Part shown: positions 9,864 to 19,007 of the stretch, in pieces
Numbering within the stretch: position 1 is the stretch's first letter
Layout of the letters: the number at the start of each line of letters is the position of its first letter
Origin: an uncultured Thermotogae bacterium
GTDB lineage: Bacteria; Bipolaricaulota; Bipolaricaulia; M55B111
Assembly (NCBI GenBank): GCA_964638365.1
Contig: CAZWZR010000002.1
Coordinates: 1 to 32,596 of the forward strand
DNA length: 32,596 bases
Direction of reading: 5' to 3'
The notes under the pieces: generated by a model
The model's input: only the letters and a program-made list of their open reading frames with translations
Database searches by the model: none
What the model was told of the DNA's origin: nothing
Translations under genes and position numbers: made by a program

Positions 9864-10415
9864 TTAGCGGTGATCGCGATTTGTGAGAGACCGGAAGAAC
9901 CGGTAGAGGTCCCTTAACCTAAAAATTATTCCCTCCCCAAGTCGGTTTATCCGGGTAAATTTATATTCCCGGTCCGGGTCCAGGGGTTCGACCCGAATAG
10001 TATACATGTTCATTCGGTTGGCACCCAGCACGTCGGTAAAGAGCTGGTCCCCGACCATGGCCGTTTTCTCCGCCGGTACTCCCAGCTCGTTAAGCATCGC
10101 CTTGAACCCGCGGCTCTTTGGTTTACCGGCGTTAAAAAGGTGAGGAAAGGGGAGGTCCGCAATGAATCTCTCGATTTCCTTCTTCTGGCTGTTGCTCAAG
10201 ACCGCTATATGCAAACCAAGATCGTCTATTTCCTCGAGAAGGTCCAGAACCTCTCCCTCGAGGCTCTCATCCCCCCAGCGAGCAAGGGTGTTGTCGAGGT
10301 CAAAAATTACGGCTTCAATTCCAGAGCCCTTTAACTTCTCGTAACCGACGTCCTTTATCGTTTTTACGTTTTCATCCGGGAAGAAGTACCGGGGGAAGGA
10401 CTTAGACGTGCCCAT
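9864..10415 (-). CDS. yqeG: YqeG-family HAD-IIIA phosphatase
   Basis: 183 aa. FFPDENVKTIKDV then IFDLDNTL (HAD motif I), SNS (motif II), and GDQLFTDVLGAN (motif IV). It is collinear with B. subtilis YqeG by eye. Confidence 0.8.
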   Translation of the reverse strand: MGTSKSFPRYFFPDENVKTIKDVGYEKLKGSGIEAVIFDLDNTLARWGDESLEGEVLDLLEEIDDLGLHIAVLSNSQKKEIERFIADLPFPHLFNAGKPKSRGFKAMLNELGVPAEKTAMVGDQLFTDVLGANRMNMYTIRVEPLDPDREYKFTRINRLGEGIIFRLRDLYRFFRSLTNRDHR

Positions 10416-10698
10416 TGCTTTTTCCTTCGACGGTAATCCGCCCTATAAATATAAACCTGCGCAGGTCCCGGATTACTTCAAGCGTCTTCTGCTTGTAGCC
10501 GGGTGAGGTAAGTATCCTGAATTCCTTATGCCCTTCGACCTCTCTGTATTCCCGTCTTGCGTTGGCAATACCATCGTACCCCTCTATAACTGCGTCGAGA
10601 AAATGAAGGTCTTCCTCCTCCAGTTCTACGTAGATCTCGATGGAATCCTTCGGAGGCGGAGGAAGACCCTCGCCGACACGCTTTTCTTTCGGATTCAT
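10402..10698 (-). CDS. Small conserved hypothetical protein (DUF4911-like)
   Basis: 98-aa ORF. Its ATG directly abuts the TAA of the upstream gene, and its 3' end overlaps yqeG by 14 nt. The pattern IEIYVELEEEDLHFLDAVIEGYDGIA...FRIL resembles DUF4911 as I recall it. Confidence 0.5.
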   Translation of the reverse strand: MNPKEKRVGEGLPPPPKDSIEIYVELEEEDLHFLDAVIEGYDGIANARREYREVEGHKEFRILTSPGYKQKTLEVIRDLRRFIFIGRITVEGKSNGHV

Positions 10699-13158
10699 TT
10701 AACCCTGTTCCTGACCAGAGGTTTCAACCTGGCCCATCAGATTTTCAACTTTCTCCTTCTCGTAGCTGGCGTCCAGCTCCTTTAACCTGTTCAAATGCTC
10801 CTCAGCTGCCGAGTAGTTGCCCTGATTTATCCTTACCTCGGCGATGCCGAGCAGAGCTTCCTTACCAAGATCGGAGAGGTCGTCCTCACCGTTCTCCTCC
10901 TCGTCCGCCTTGAGCAGGTTCTGGTAGAAGTTAAGTCGCTGGACAGATGTACCTGCCAGCTCCAGCCCCTTCTGCAGGTAATCCTTGGCTTCACCGTACT
11001 CTGTCCTGCTCATGTAAACCTCTCCAAGTCCGGCATAAGCTTCGCGACGTTCGGTCTCGTCCTCGGACCGATCGAGAATCTCACGGTACTGCTCGATCGC
11101 CGAATCGTAGACGTGCTGATCCTGGTAGGCTTGAGCCAGCGTAAACCTGGTCTCCGTATCTCCCGGGTCCTCTTCCAGTATTTTCTTCGAGATTTCTCTC
11201 CTTAGCTCCTGAGCCTGGGTCCTCGCCAGTCCTTCCCGGTATTCTTCCAGCGCTCGCTCGGGCCTGCCGTCTTTCCGGTAATAGTCTCCTAACAGCTTAT
11301 AGGCCTCGCCGCTGTAAGGATTCGTCGACAGCACCCTATCTATTTCCATCTTGGCGTCCTCGAGCTCTCCAACTTCAAGGTATACCTGGGCGAGCTTCAG
11401 AGAAGTATCCGAATCCGCCTGAATATCTAAGGCATCGTTGTAATATTCCATCGCCTTCTCGGACTTACCCTGCTCCCTGTAGAGGTCACCGAGTCCTTTA
11501 GTGGCAGTAAAGTTGTTCGATGACTCCTCTAACGCCCTCTCGTATGTACTGACGGCTTCTTCGTACCGTCCGGCCTGTCCGTAAGCATCGGCTAACTTGT
11601 TCAATATATTTACGTTCTCGCCGGATTTTTCCAGAGCCGTTTCGTACTGGCTAACTGCTTTTTCGTAGTTTTCAAGTTCTACGAGCATATCGCCGTAGTC
11701 CACGTACGCGGCCACGTAATCCGGATTCGAGTCTATGGCGCTTTCGAAACTCTCAACGGCCTGAGAATACATGCCGTTTTCCATCTGGTACCTTCCGAGG
11801 TAGTAATTGACTTCCGCGTTTTCCGGCGCGAGACCCTTTATCCGGTTGAGAAGGTCTCCGTCACTGCTTTCCGTCTGCCGGATGACTTCCAGGTAGTTCT
11901 CTACCGCCTTCTCCTCGTATTCGGCAATTTCATCCGAGGGCGCCTCTTTCTCCGGAGAAGACTCCCCCTGACTTTTCAGTCTGTTCACCTCTTCCTGGTA
12001 CAATCTGCCTATGTAATAGGGAATATAGGGGTCCCTAACTTGAGTGTTGTCCTTCAAATCCTTGTAAGCTTCGAGGCCGGACTGAAAATCTTCTTGAGCT
12101 TCTCTATAAGCAGCTACCACGGGCAACCGGATGTCTATCTCTGCTTCGTCCTTCACTCCTTCGTACCATTCCTGATACTTCTCGTTTTCCTCCTGGCTGA
12201 CGTAATCACTCTTGACCTGATCCTTAATTTCCTCGAAAGAGGGGACTTCCCTTTCCTGTTTCTCTTCGACCTTCAAGATCTGCCAGCCGTCAGATGTTTC
12301 CACGGGGCCACCGACTTCGCCGGCTTCCAGCGAAAAAGCAAGGTCCTCCACAGCCGCGGACTTTTCCCCTTTCTGGAACCAGCCCATGTCGGTATCGACC
12401 TCGTTCTCGTCCGCGTACTCCTGAAAGTACCCGGGGTCCTCATCTATTTTAGCTTTCACTTCTGCTGCCTTCTGTTCGGAATCAAATAAGAGGCGACTCG
12501 CTCTTACCTTTTCTGGGGATTCCACGTAATCATCGACGTTTTCGTCGTAATGAGTCCGAAGTTCCTCGTCCGTCGGATCTATTTCGCCTATGACCTGGTT
12601 CCTCAGCTCTTCCCTTCTAAGCTGGGTCCGTATATCGTCCTTCATGGTCGATTCGAACTCATCGTAAGTCCGGCCCTGGGCCGAGAGAGCGCTTTTAAGC
12701 TGGTCAAGCGTCCAGCCCTGCTGCTCCAGCAGGGAATCCAGCTGGTCGTTAAACTGACTGTTTACTTCCTGATCGCTCACCTCGATACCTCTTTCATCGG
12801 CTTCCTGGTCAATCAGGGCTCCCTCAATCAATGTATCCACGGCCTGAGATTTTATCCTCAACTCGTAGAGCTTCCCTTTCGCTCCCTCGAGCATGCTGGA
12901 AAAGTCCTGACCAAACTGGCTATAGAGGGACTCCTGTCTTTGCATCAGGTTGTCGTAAGCATTCTGAAATTCCGATTCCTTTATCTCGTCACCGTCAACC
13001 ACTAAAGCAACGCTGGCCCCGGAACTCGCGTCCTCGGAAGAGGAACCTCCTCCAGGTTGCATGTACTGGAAAGCGGCCAGCCCTACCGACCCGAGGAAGA
13101 AACCAATGACCATGACCCAGATTATCGTCTTCTTGTGCCTGTCGAAAAACCTATTCAC
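10699..13158 (-). CDS. Membrane-anchored PpiD/SurA-N-like parvulin PPIase fused to a long TPR-repeat region
   Basis: 819 aa. It has an N-terminal TM helix, a SurA_N-like chaperone region, and a parvulin-like segment (ASRLLF...GWFQKGE...GPVETSDGWQILKV). About 400 aa of TPR-like repeats follow (e.g. YYLGRYQMENGMYSQAVESFESAIDSNPDY). GTG start after AGGTGA. Confidence 0.75.
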   Translation of the reverse strand: MNRFFDRHKKTIIWVMVIGFFLGSVGLAAFQYMQPGGGSSSEDASSGASVALVVDGDEIKESEFQNAYDNLMQRQESLYSQFGQDFSSMLEGAKGKLYELRIKSQAVDTLIEGALIDQEADERGIEVSDQEVNSQFNDQLDSLLEQQGWTLDQLKSALSAQGRTYDEFESTMKDDIRTQLRREELRNQVIGEIDPTDEELRTHYDENVDDYVESPEKVRASRLLFDSEQKAAEVKAKIDEDPGYFQEYADENEVDTDMGWFQKGEKSAAVEDLAFSLEAGEVGGPVETSDGWQILKVEEKQEREVPSFEEIKDQVKSDYVSQEENEKYQEWYEGVKDEAEIDIRLPVVAAYREAQEDFQSGLEAYKDLKDNTQVRDPYIPYYIGRLYQEEVNRLKSQGESSPEKEAPSDEIAEYEEKAVENYLEVIRQTESSDGDLLNRIKGLAPENAEVNYYLGRYQMENGMYSQAVESFESAIDSNPDYVAAYVDYGDMLVELENYEKAVSQYETALEKSGENVNILNKLADAYGQAGRYEEAVSTYERALEESSNNFTATKGLGDLYREQGKSEKAMEYYNDALDIQADSDTSLKLAQVYLEVGELEDAKMEIDRVLSTNPYSGEAYKLLGDYYRKDGRPERALEEYREGLARTQAQELRREISKKILEEDPGDTETRFTLAQAYQDQHVYDSAIEQYREILDRSEDETERREAYAGLGEVYMSRTEYGEAKDYLQKGLELAGTSVQRLNFYQNLLKADEEENGEDDLSDLGKEALLGIAEVRINQGNYSAAEEHLNRLKELDASYEKEKVENLMGQVETSGQEQG

Positions 13159-13212
13159 TTTCTCACCTCTTGAATTTTGTTTATATCCATCACGGAATAG
13201 TCAAAATATCTC

Positions 13213-13455
13213 TTACTCTTCTTCGTTCAAAAATTTCGATAATGTTTTGTATACGCTCAGTCCTCCGGAAAAGAGTCCCAGGACGAGAAAAATCAGCTTA
13301 AACAGCTTATCCGTTCCCACCTGGTTGTCCAGCCAGTAACCGATTCCCACGGATAAAAGGACGGAAAAGACGAAAGTAAACCCTATCTGGCTTACCTGAC
13401 CGGCGGTTCTGAGGGCGGTCTTCCAGCCATCACCGTCGTCCTTACTTTCCATCAA
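13213..13455 (-). CDS. AtpZ/AtpI-like small membrane protein
   Basis: 80 aa with two TM helices and the GIGYWLD..VGT signature typical of the ATPase_gene1 (AtpZ/AtpI) family. The start could be TTG at 13455 or ATG at 13452. No atp genes are nearby. Confidence 0.55.
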   Translation of the reverse strand: MMESKDDGDGWKTALRTAGQVSQIGFTFVFSVLLSVGIGYWLDNQVGTDKLFKLIFLVLGLFSGGLSVYKTLSKFLNEEE

Positions 13456-13466
13456 TAAAGGAGGGT

Positions 13467-13859
13467 TTAAATATCCAGGATATCCTCCCCGCCACTTTCC
13501 TCCTTCTGGTTCTCCTCCACGGCGTTACTATCTCCATCCTGCTCCTCCCTTTCATCAGAAACACCGTCCTTATCATTCCCTGCCGGCCTGAAAGGTAACC
13601 TTGTCCTCACTTCCATCCGCATAGCCGTCTTGTTTTCCTCGTCGATTTTCACGTCGACGAAAGAGGGCAAAAAGACCAGGTCGACTCCGCCGGGCGCCAT
13701 GTAGCCTCTCGCTATAGTTATCGCTTTTACGGCCTGATTAACCGCTTTAGGCCCAATTGCCTGTAGCTCGGCTGTTCCTTCCTCCCGAATTGTATTGGCC
13801 AGTGCTCCCGCTGTAGCAGAGGGGTCGGACGTTGAAGAAACTTTGAGAATTTCAGCCAA
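13467..13859 (-). CDS. spoVS: SpoVS-family protein with an acidic C-terminal extension
   Basis: AEILKVSSTSDPSATAGALANTIREEGTAELQAIGPKAVNQAVKAITIARGYMAPGGVDLVFLPSF is collinear with the 86-aa B. subtilis SpoVS. I chose the TTG at 13859, 7 nt after GGAGGTG. About 45 extra D/E-rich residues lie at the C-terminus. Confidence 0.85.
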   Translation of the reverse strand: MAEILKVSSTSDPSATAGALANTIREEGTAELQAIGPKAVNQAVKAITIARGYMAPGGVDLVFLPSFVDVKIDEENKTAMRMEVRTRLPFRPAGNDKDGVSDEREEQDGDSNAVEENQKEESGGEDILDI

Positions 13860-13920
13860 GATCCCGCACCTCCTTCGAGTTTTTCGGTAACTCCTCCCGG
13901 AGATATTTAAATTTACGACG

Positions 13921-15465
13921 TCACTGTGCGGCCTCAACGAATTCCGCCTTACGGATTACGTTGATCTTTACCTCACCGGGGTAATCAAGGTCCCTCTCTA
14001 TCTCCCTGGCTATGTCATAAGCCAGCTTGCTCGCTCTATTATCGCTAACTTCTTCCGGCGCTACTATAACCCGTATCTCTCTGCCTGCCTGAAAGGCATT
14101 TGCCTTGGTAACCCCGTCGAATGATCCAGCGATGTCTTCAAGGTTTTCCAGTCTCTCTATGTATTTCTCATAAGTTTCTCTTCGCGCCCCGGGCCTTGTC
14201 GCGGAAAGCGTATCCGCAGTCTGAACCAGAATCGGCAACAGAGATTCCGGCTCTTCGTCCTCGTGGTGAGCTGCAATCGCGTTGACTATGAGCTTCTCCT
14301 CACCGTAGCGCCGGGCAAGTTCCGCGCCTATTTCGGCATGCGTCCCCGTGACCTCGTGATCAACTGACTTACCGATGTCATGTAGGATCCCGGCTCTTCT
14401 GGCCGGCTTAGGGGATAGTCCAATCTCTTCGGCCAGCATCCCGGCTATGAAACTAACCTCCAGAGAGTGACGCATCAAATTCTGCCCGTAACTATTCCTA
14501 AACTTCAATTTACCCACCAGCGGGATAAGTTTCGGCGACAGGTCGACACCCGTATCGAGAGCCGCGTCCTTCCCGGCTTCCTTGATCCTTTCTACCATTC
14601 TTTCCCTGGCTTTTTCCACCTTTTCCTCGATCTGAACGGGGTGAATTCTTCCGTCCTTTACCAGGTCTTCCATGGCCAGCTTGGCTATCTCCCTGCGGAC
14701 CGGATGAAACGAGGAAAGCACTACCATCTCGGGCGTATCGTCAACCATGACCTCTACACCGGTCAACGCTTCGAACGTCTTGATATTTCTCCCGTTACGA
14801 CCGATCACCCTACCTTTGAAATCGTCCGATGGCAATGAAACGGAAGTAACGGTATTTCCCTCCGCCTGCTCCGCGGAGTACCTCTGCATTGCAGTCGCAA
14901 GTATCTTTCTCGACTTCTCTTCGGCCTTTTCCTCGGCTCGCTTTTCAGCTTCGCTAACTTTGCGGGCGTAGTGCCTTTCCGTCTCCTCTTCGATCCTCTC
15001 CATCAGCTCGTCCTTCGCTTCCTGGGAGCTCATTCCCGCGAGTTCTTCCAGGTATTCTTTTTCGTTTTCTATCAGCTTCTGGCCTTTTTTCTTTAACTCC
15101 TTCAACTCTTCCTGATCCTCTTTCAGCGAATCCTCTATTTTTTCCAGGTGGTTGCTTTTCTTGGACAGCCTATCGGCCTTCCGCATAATCCTCTTTTCCT
15201 TCTTATCTAAATCCTTCTCCCTGGCCTTAAATTTCTCTTCCAGTTCCTCCCTTTCCTCCTGGATTTTCTGCTGCCCTTCGAGTACTTTTTCCTTCTTTAA
15301 GTTCTCGCCGGTTTTTCTCGCCTGTTCTACTATATCCGCCGCTTCTTCCGCCTTGTCGGAAAGCTTCTTTTCGTGGTATTTTTTCCCAAGGTAGGCCCCG
15401 AGACCGAGCGAAATAACGGCCGCCAGAACCACCGTACCAATATATATCGCCAGCATTCTCTTCAC
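13921..15465 (-). CDS. rny: Ribonuclease Y
   Basis: N-terminal TM helix, long E/K coiled coil, KH domain (GRVIGRNGRNIKTFE) and HD domain (HDIGK...HHE). The real start may be the ATG at 15456, which sits 10 nt after GAGG. Confidence 0.95.
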   Translation of the reverse strand: MKRMLAIYIGTVVLAAVISLGLGAYLGKKYHEKKLSDKAEEAADIVEQARKTGENLKKEKVLEGQQKIQEEREELEEKFKAREKDLDKKEKRIMRKADRLSKKSNHLEKIEDSLKEDQEELKELKKKGQKLIENEKEYLEELAGMSSQEAKDELMERIEEETERHYARKVSEAEKRAEEKAEEKSRKILATAMQRYSAEQAEGNTVTSVSLPSDDFKGRVIGRNGRNIKTFEALTGVEVMVDDTPEMVVLSSFHPVRREIAKLAMEDLVKDGRIHPVQIEEKVEKARERMVERIKEAGKDAALDTGVDLSPKLIPLVGKLKFRNSYGQNLMRHSLEVSFIAGMLAEEIGLSPKPARRAGILHDIGKSVDHEVTGTHAEIGAELARRYGEEKLIVNAIAAHHEDEEPESLLPILVQTADTLSATRPGARRETYEKYIERLENLEDIAGSFDGVTKANAFQAGREIRVIVAPEEVSDNRASKLAYDIAREIERDLDYPGEVKINVIRKAEFVEAAQ

Positions 15466-15494
15466 ACCTCACGGGTTCTTCAAAAGGGGTCAAG

Positions 15495-16112
15495 TTATTC
15501 ATGTAGCCCTCTCCTTTCCGCGCCCCTCAAGTCAAGAAAAACTTGCCTGTATTCGTCAACCCAGGTAGGTAAATCCTGCATGACCAGTGTCCCGATAAGC
15601 CGGGGATTCTCCTCTGGATTATCCAGTGCTCCCTGGATTTCGTTGAGGAACATCCGGTTTTCGCTGATAAATTTCGAGAACGAGCGGCCTCCCAGAACGT
15701 TGGCTCCCTCGCTGGCGGAGACCAGTTCCTCCAGGGCCAGGTTCAACCAGTGGAATCCCTCGAGCAACTGCTCCACCTCTTCGTCATCGATCTCTGATAG
15801 TATATCTCCGTCTTCCGGATAGGATACTTCTTCGCTCCATTCCTCCAGGTCATCCAGATAGGACAATGCTTTAGCCACCAGCTCGTCGCTCAGAGCTTCG
15901 GTGGTTTCAGTAACGAGTTCGACCTCTTTCCCGGCCAGCTTCTGATCCAGTTCATCGTCTAGTTCGGTCTGTGTCAGGAATTCCCCGCTCAGCTTTATCC
16001 CCACGAGCCTCTCGTTTGTGGTGGATAATTTTTCTCTAACTTGATCAATCAGGGCGCTTATGGTCTTTTCTTCTCCGATTTCGATCTCTCTGTCGCCAAA
16101 TTTAATGTCCAT
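15495..16112 (-). CDS. Acidic hypothetical protein, no family recognised
   Basis: 205-aa ORF starting 12 nt after the exporter stop and ending 29 nt before rny. Composition is very D/E-rich with no TM segments. Its coding status rests on length, strand context and tight spacing only. Confidence 0.6.
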   Translation of the reverse strand: MDIKFGDREIEIGEEKTISALIDQVREKLSTTNERLVGIKLSGEFLTQTELDDELDQKLAGKEVELVTETTEALSDELVAKALSYLDDLEEWSEEVSYPEDGDILSEIDDEEVEQLLEGFHWLNLALEELVSASEGANVLGGRSFSKFISENRMFLNEIQGALDNPEENPRLIGTLVMQDLPTWVDEYRQVFLDLRGAERRGLHE

Positions 16113-16124
16113 GGTAAGCCAATT

Positions 16125-18911
16125 TTATTCCTCATCTCGTTTGAATGCAAGATAGAGAGTAGCGGGCAGTACGGTTAGAGAGAGGACCATCGCAAAACCT
16201 ATCCCAAGCAGCGAGGTCCCTCCAAGTATCCTTAAGCCAGGGGTCCTGGCGATGAAGAGGCTACCAAATACGACGATCGTGGTCAGCGATGTGGTGACGA
16301 CGGCAAGCCCCGTATGGGAGAAAGCGGAGAGAATAGAACCCACCAGCCCATCTTCAGCTTCCTCCTCGCACCAGCGGTAGATGAGGTGAAGCCCGTCATC
16401 AACACCAATACCAATCAGCAAAGGAGAAATGATGATGTTGATAAAATTGAAGTTCATACCGAGTAATTTCATCCCACCCAGCATCCAGAGGTAACCGATA
16501 ACGAGCGGTATGACGGCGAGTAGAGACAGCTTCAGGCTCGAAACCCCCAGGTAAAGTATCACACCTATCATCACGACGGCCAGCGAGGTAGAGACCACGA
16601 AATCGTGCCTTATATGGCCTTCGAGCTGGTACTGGATCAGGGGCAAACCGAAATAATCCTCGGAAAACCTGGATACGGAATCCACGAAAGTATTGAGGTT
16701 CTCCGATTCGTAAATTGATTTGTCCACGCCGGCAATCACCACGAACTCTCCTTTTTCGGTAGTGAAAGTTGAGCGCACTTCTTCTGGCAGTGCCTCGATA
16801 ATTCCGCCTTCCCCGGAGAACAGGTCATTTAACGGCGCTACCTTTTTCTCCAGACCCTTTAAGCGGCTCTTAAGGGACTCCACGTCATCGATGAGAGGGT
16901 CTTCGTCGAGTCCATTGAGACGCTCCCTTATCTCAAGCAGCTGGTCCATCACTTCGTTGAGTTGAACCGTTACTTCGGAGCGACTGGACAAAGTTGAGGA
17001 AAGCTGAGCAGTCGACAGGTCCCCGATGAGTGATTCCAGCTGCTCGACCCTGGACTCCTTATTTATCAGAACTTCCTCCAACCCGGCAAGATTTCGCCTC
17101 AGATCCTTTATCTCGTCCGTCCTGACAGCTGAACCATCCACCTCGCCCAGGTCTTCCGGCAGGTAATCCTGGATTGAATTGATCGTACTTACCTGGCCCA
17201 TCGACTTTAGCTCTTTTTCTATCTCCTTCATCTCCTCGAGGTCATCAGGGAAAAAGGCAAAAGAAGGCCCGATATTCATTTCCGACGAGCCGAACTTCTC
17301 CTGAATCCTTTCCTGGACACGAATACTCTCCACTTCCGTCGAGACGTTATTGTCGGAAAACTGGAAGTCAAGCTGGAGAGCGGCAAAGAGAGCAAACCCC
17401 GAGATCACTAAAGCTAAGACGATCAGCGGTCCCCTTAGATCGATCGCTCTATTCACTACCCGCTTTAATCCAGAACGGTAGTCGAAGAGTTCGACCGTTC
17501 TCCTTTTTCCCTTCCACCTCTGGTAGACTACTATCAGGGACGGCAACAGAAATATATAAACCAGGAAGGATATCATTATCCCGAGACTGGTGATAATACC
17601 CATCTCGACGAGGCCCTGAGACCTTGCGAATATGAGAGTAGTGAATACCGCCGAGGTGGTAAGTGCCGCTATAAAAGTTCCCTTGCCTTTGTTAAGTATT
17701 GTAGTTTTAATGGCTTTGCTAACAGGGATGCCTGCGAGTCTCTCCTCGCTGAAACGGAATAACAGGTGAATTCCGTAGTCTATCCCCAGTCCAAGCACGA
17801 GTGCCGGCAGAAAGGTAGTCAGTAGGTTGAAACCGCCAACCGAAAACTTCGCCCAGCTCAGCGTCAGCAAAACCGCTACCACCAGCGGAAGGGCGACAAG
17901 CGCTGAATAGAAAAGGGATCCCAGGGCAAAGAAAAAGGCAACCATGACAGCAAGAGAGGAGACTATCGTGGTATTGAGCATGTCGCTTCTGAGTGCGGTA
18001 TTACGCTGGGAGTTGGTAACGAAGGAACCGGTCAGTTCTATCCCGTAGTTACCCGATTCGAATACCTCGCTCCCCCTCGCTTCTCTAATCGCCCTTTCCG
18101 CCGACTCCGTAAGCTTATTACTGAATTCTATATCGTGCGATTCCGCGTTCCTGGGTCGCGCCTGGACCAGCAGGGTGGAACCATCGGGCGAGAGGTACTC
18201 ACCCCCCAGTTTTTCTGCTCTCGCAGTCCTAACCTGACGAAGTTGATCCTCCAGAGCTTTCAGCCGATCATCCCACTCCCCCAACTTTTCACTCGACTTC
18301 AGACCGGCGAGAACGAAGCGGTTCCTTTTCTCAACGCGGGAAAGCAATCGCCCCATACGGTCCTCGGTTAGATCGTCTTCCGACTGGAGTTCTTCGTATT
18401 CCGTAAGCAGGTCCTCGTAGAAATCGCCGGACTCCAGCCCACCGTCAGGAGAGGGAAATTCCGAGGAAAACGCGGTCAGGTCATCTTCCAGAGACTCGAT
18501 TCGATTGAAGGTTTCTTCGTTTAAGGAGTAGAGAAACTCATACTCCTCCCTCCCCATTACTTCGCCCCGGTAGCTTACCGATTCGATCTCCGGAATCTCC
18601 GCCAGGAGGGGGCTAATTACCTCCGCAAGTTCGTATAGCCTTTCCTTCCGCTCCTCCTGACTGAGCTCTTCAGCGTCCTGAAGGGAAAGGGCTATGGTAA
18701 GGTTCTGTGTATTATTTATCGTCTGCTGCCGCTCCCGGTACTCGTTCAGAAGTGGGTCGTTCTGGGGAAGCAGGTCCAGAAGAGAACTTCTAATCGGGAA
18801 TGGAAAGAGATAAAAAAGGGAAAGGACGACTAAAATTAAAAATAAACCAATTACCCAGTACGCTCTGTAGCGTACCAGACGATAAACACGATTCAGTAGT
18901 TTATCCAGCAT
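16125..18911 (-). CDS. RND-superfamily / MMPL-type exporter (COG1033-like)
   Basis: 928 aa with two homologous halves. Each half is a large extracytoplasmic, coiled-coil-rich loop followed by a TM bundle. Paired motifs are GIDYGIHLLFRFSEE and GVDDGLHLIYRWCEE. Confidence 0.85.
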   Translation of the reverse strand: MLDKLLNRVYRLVRYRAYWVIGLFLILVVLSLFYLFPFPIRSSLLDLLPQNDPLLNEYRERQQTINNTQNLTIALSLQDAEELSQEERKERLYELAEVISPLLAEIPEIESVSYRGEVMGREEYEFLYSLNEETFNRIESLEDDLTAFSSEFPSPDGGLESGDFYEDLLTEYEELQSEDDLTEDRMGRLLSRVEKRNRFVLAGLKSSEKLGEWDDRLKALEDQLRQVRTARAEKLGGEYLSPDGSTLLVQARPRNAESHDIEFSNKLTESAERAIREARGSEVFESGNYGIELTGSFVTNSQRNTALRSDMLNTTIVSSLAVMVAFFFALGSLFYSALVALPLVVAVLLTLSWAKFSVGGFNLLTTFLPALVLGLGIDYGIHLLFRFSEERLAGIPVSKAIKTTILNKGKGTFIAALTTSAVFTTLIFARSQGLVEMGIITSLGIMISFLVYIFLLPSLIVVYQRWKGKRRTVELFDYRSGLKRVVNRAIDLRGPLIVLALVISGFALFAALQLDFQFSDNNVSTEVESIRVQERIQEKFGSSEMNIGPSFAFFPDDLEEMKEIEKELKSMGQVSTINSIQDYLPEDLGEVDGSAVRTDEIKDLRRNLAGLEEVLINKESRVEQLESLIGDLSTAQLSSTLSSRSEVTVQLNEVMDQLLEIRERLNGLDEDPLIDDVESLKSRLKGLEKKVAPLNDLFSGEGGIIEALPEEVRSTFTTEKGEFVVIAGVDKSIYESENLNTFVDSVSRFSEDYFGLPLIQYQLEGHIRHDFVVSTSLAVVMIGVILYLGVSSLKLSLLAVIPLVIGYLWMLGGMKLLGMNFNFINIIISPLLIGIGVDDGLHLIYRWCEEEAEDGLVGSILSAFSHTGLAVVTTSLTTIVVFGSLFIARTPGLRILGGTSLLGIGFAMVLSLTVLPATLYLAFKRDEE

Positions 18912-19007
18912 CCAGTATAAGGCCCGGGGCTACCCTGCCCACCTCTGATTCACGAATGAAGAAATGCACTCGGTTAAAAGTTACGTCCTCCAGTGCTCAG
19001 CCCCCGA

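Noticed and set aside
15227-15502. A 91-aa minus-strand ORF overlapping the 5' end of rny and reaching toward the upstream gene.
   Set aside because: It is out of frame with rny within the rny coiled-coil region. It is G/R-rich low-complexity sequence with no independent RBS.
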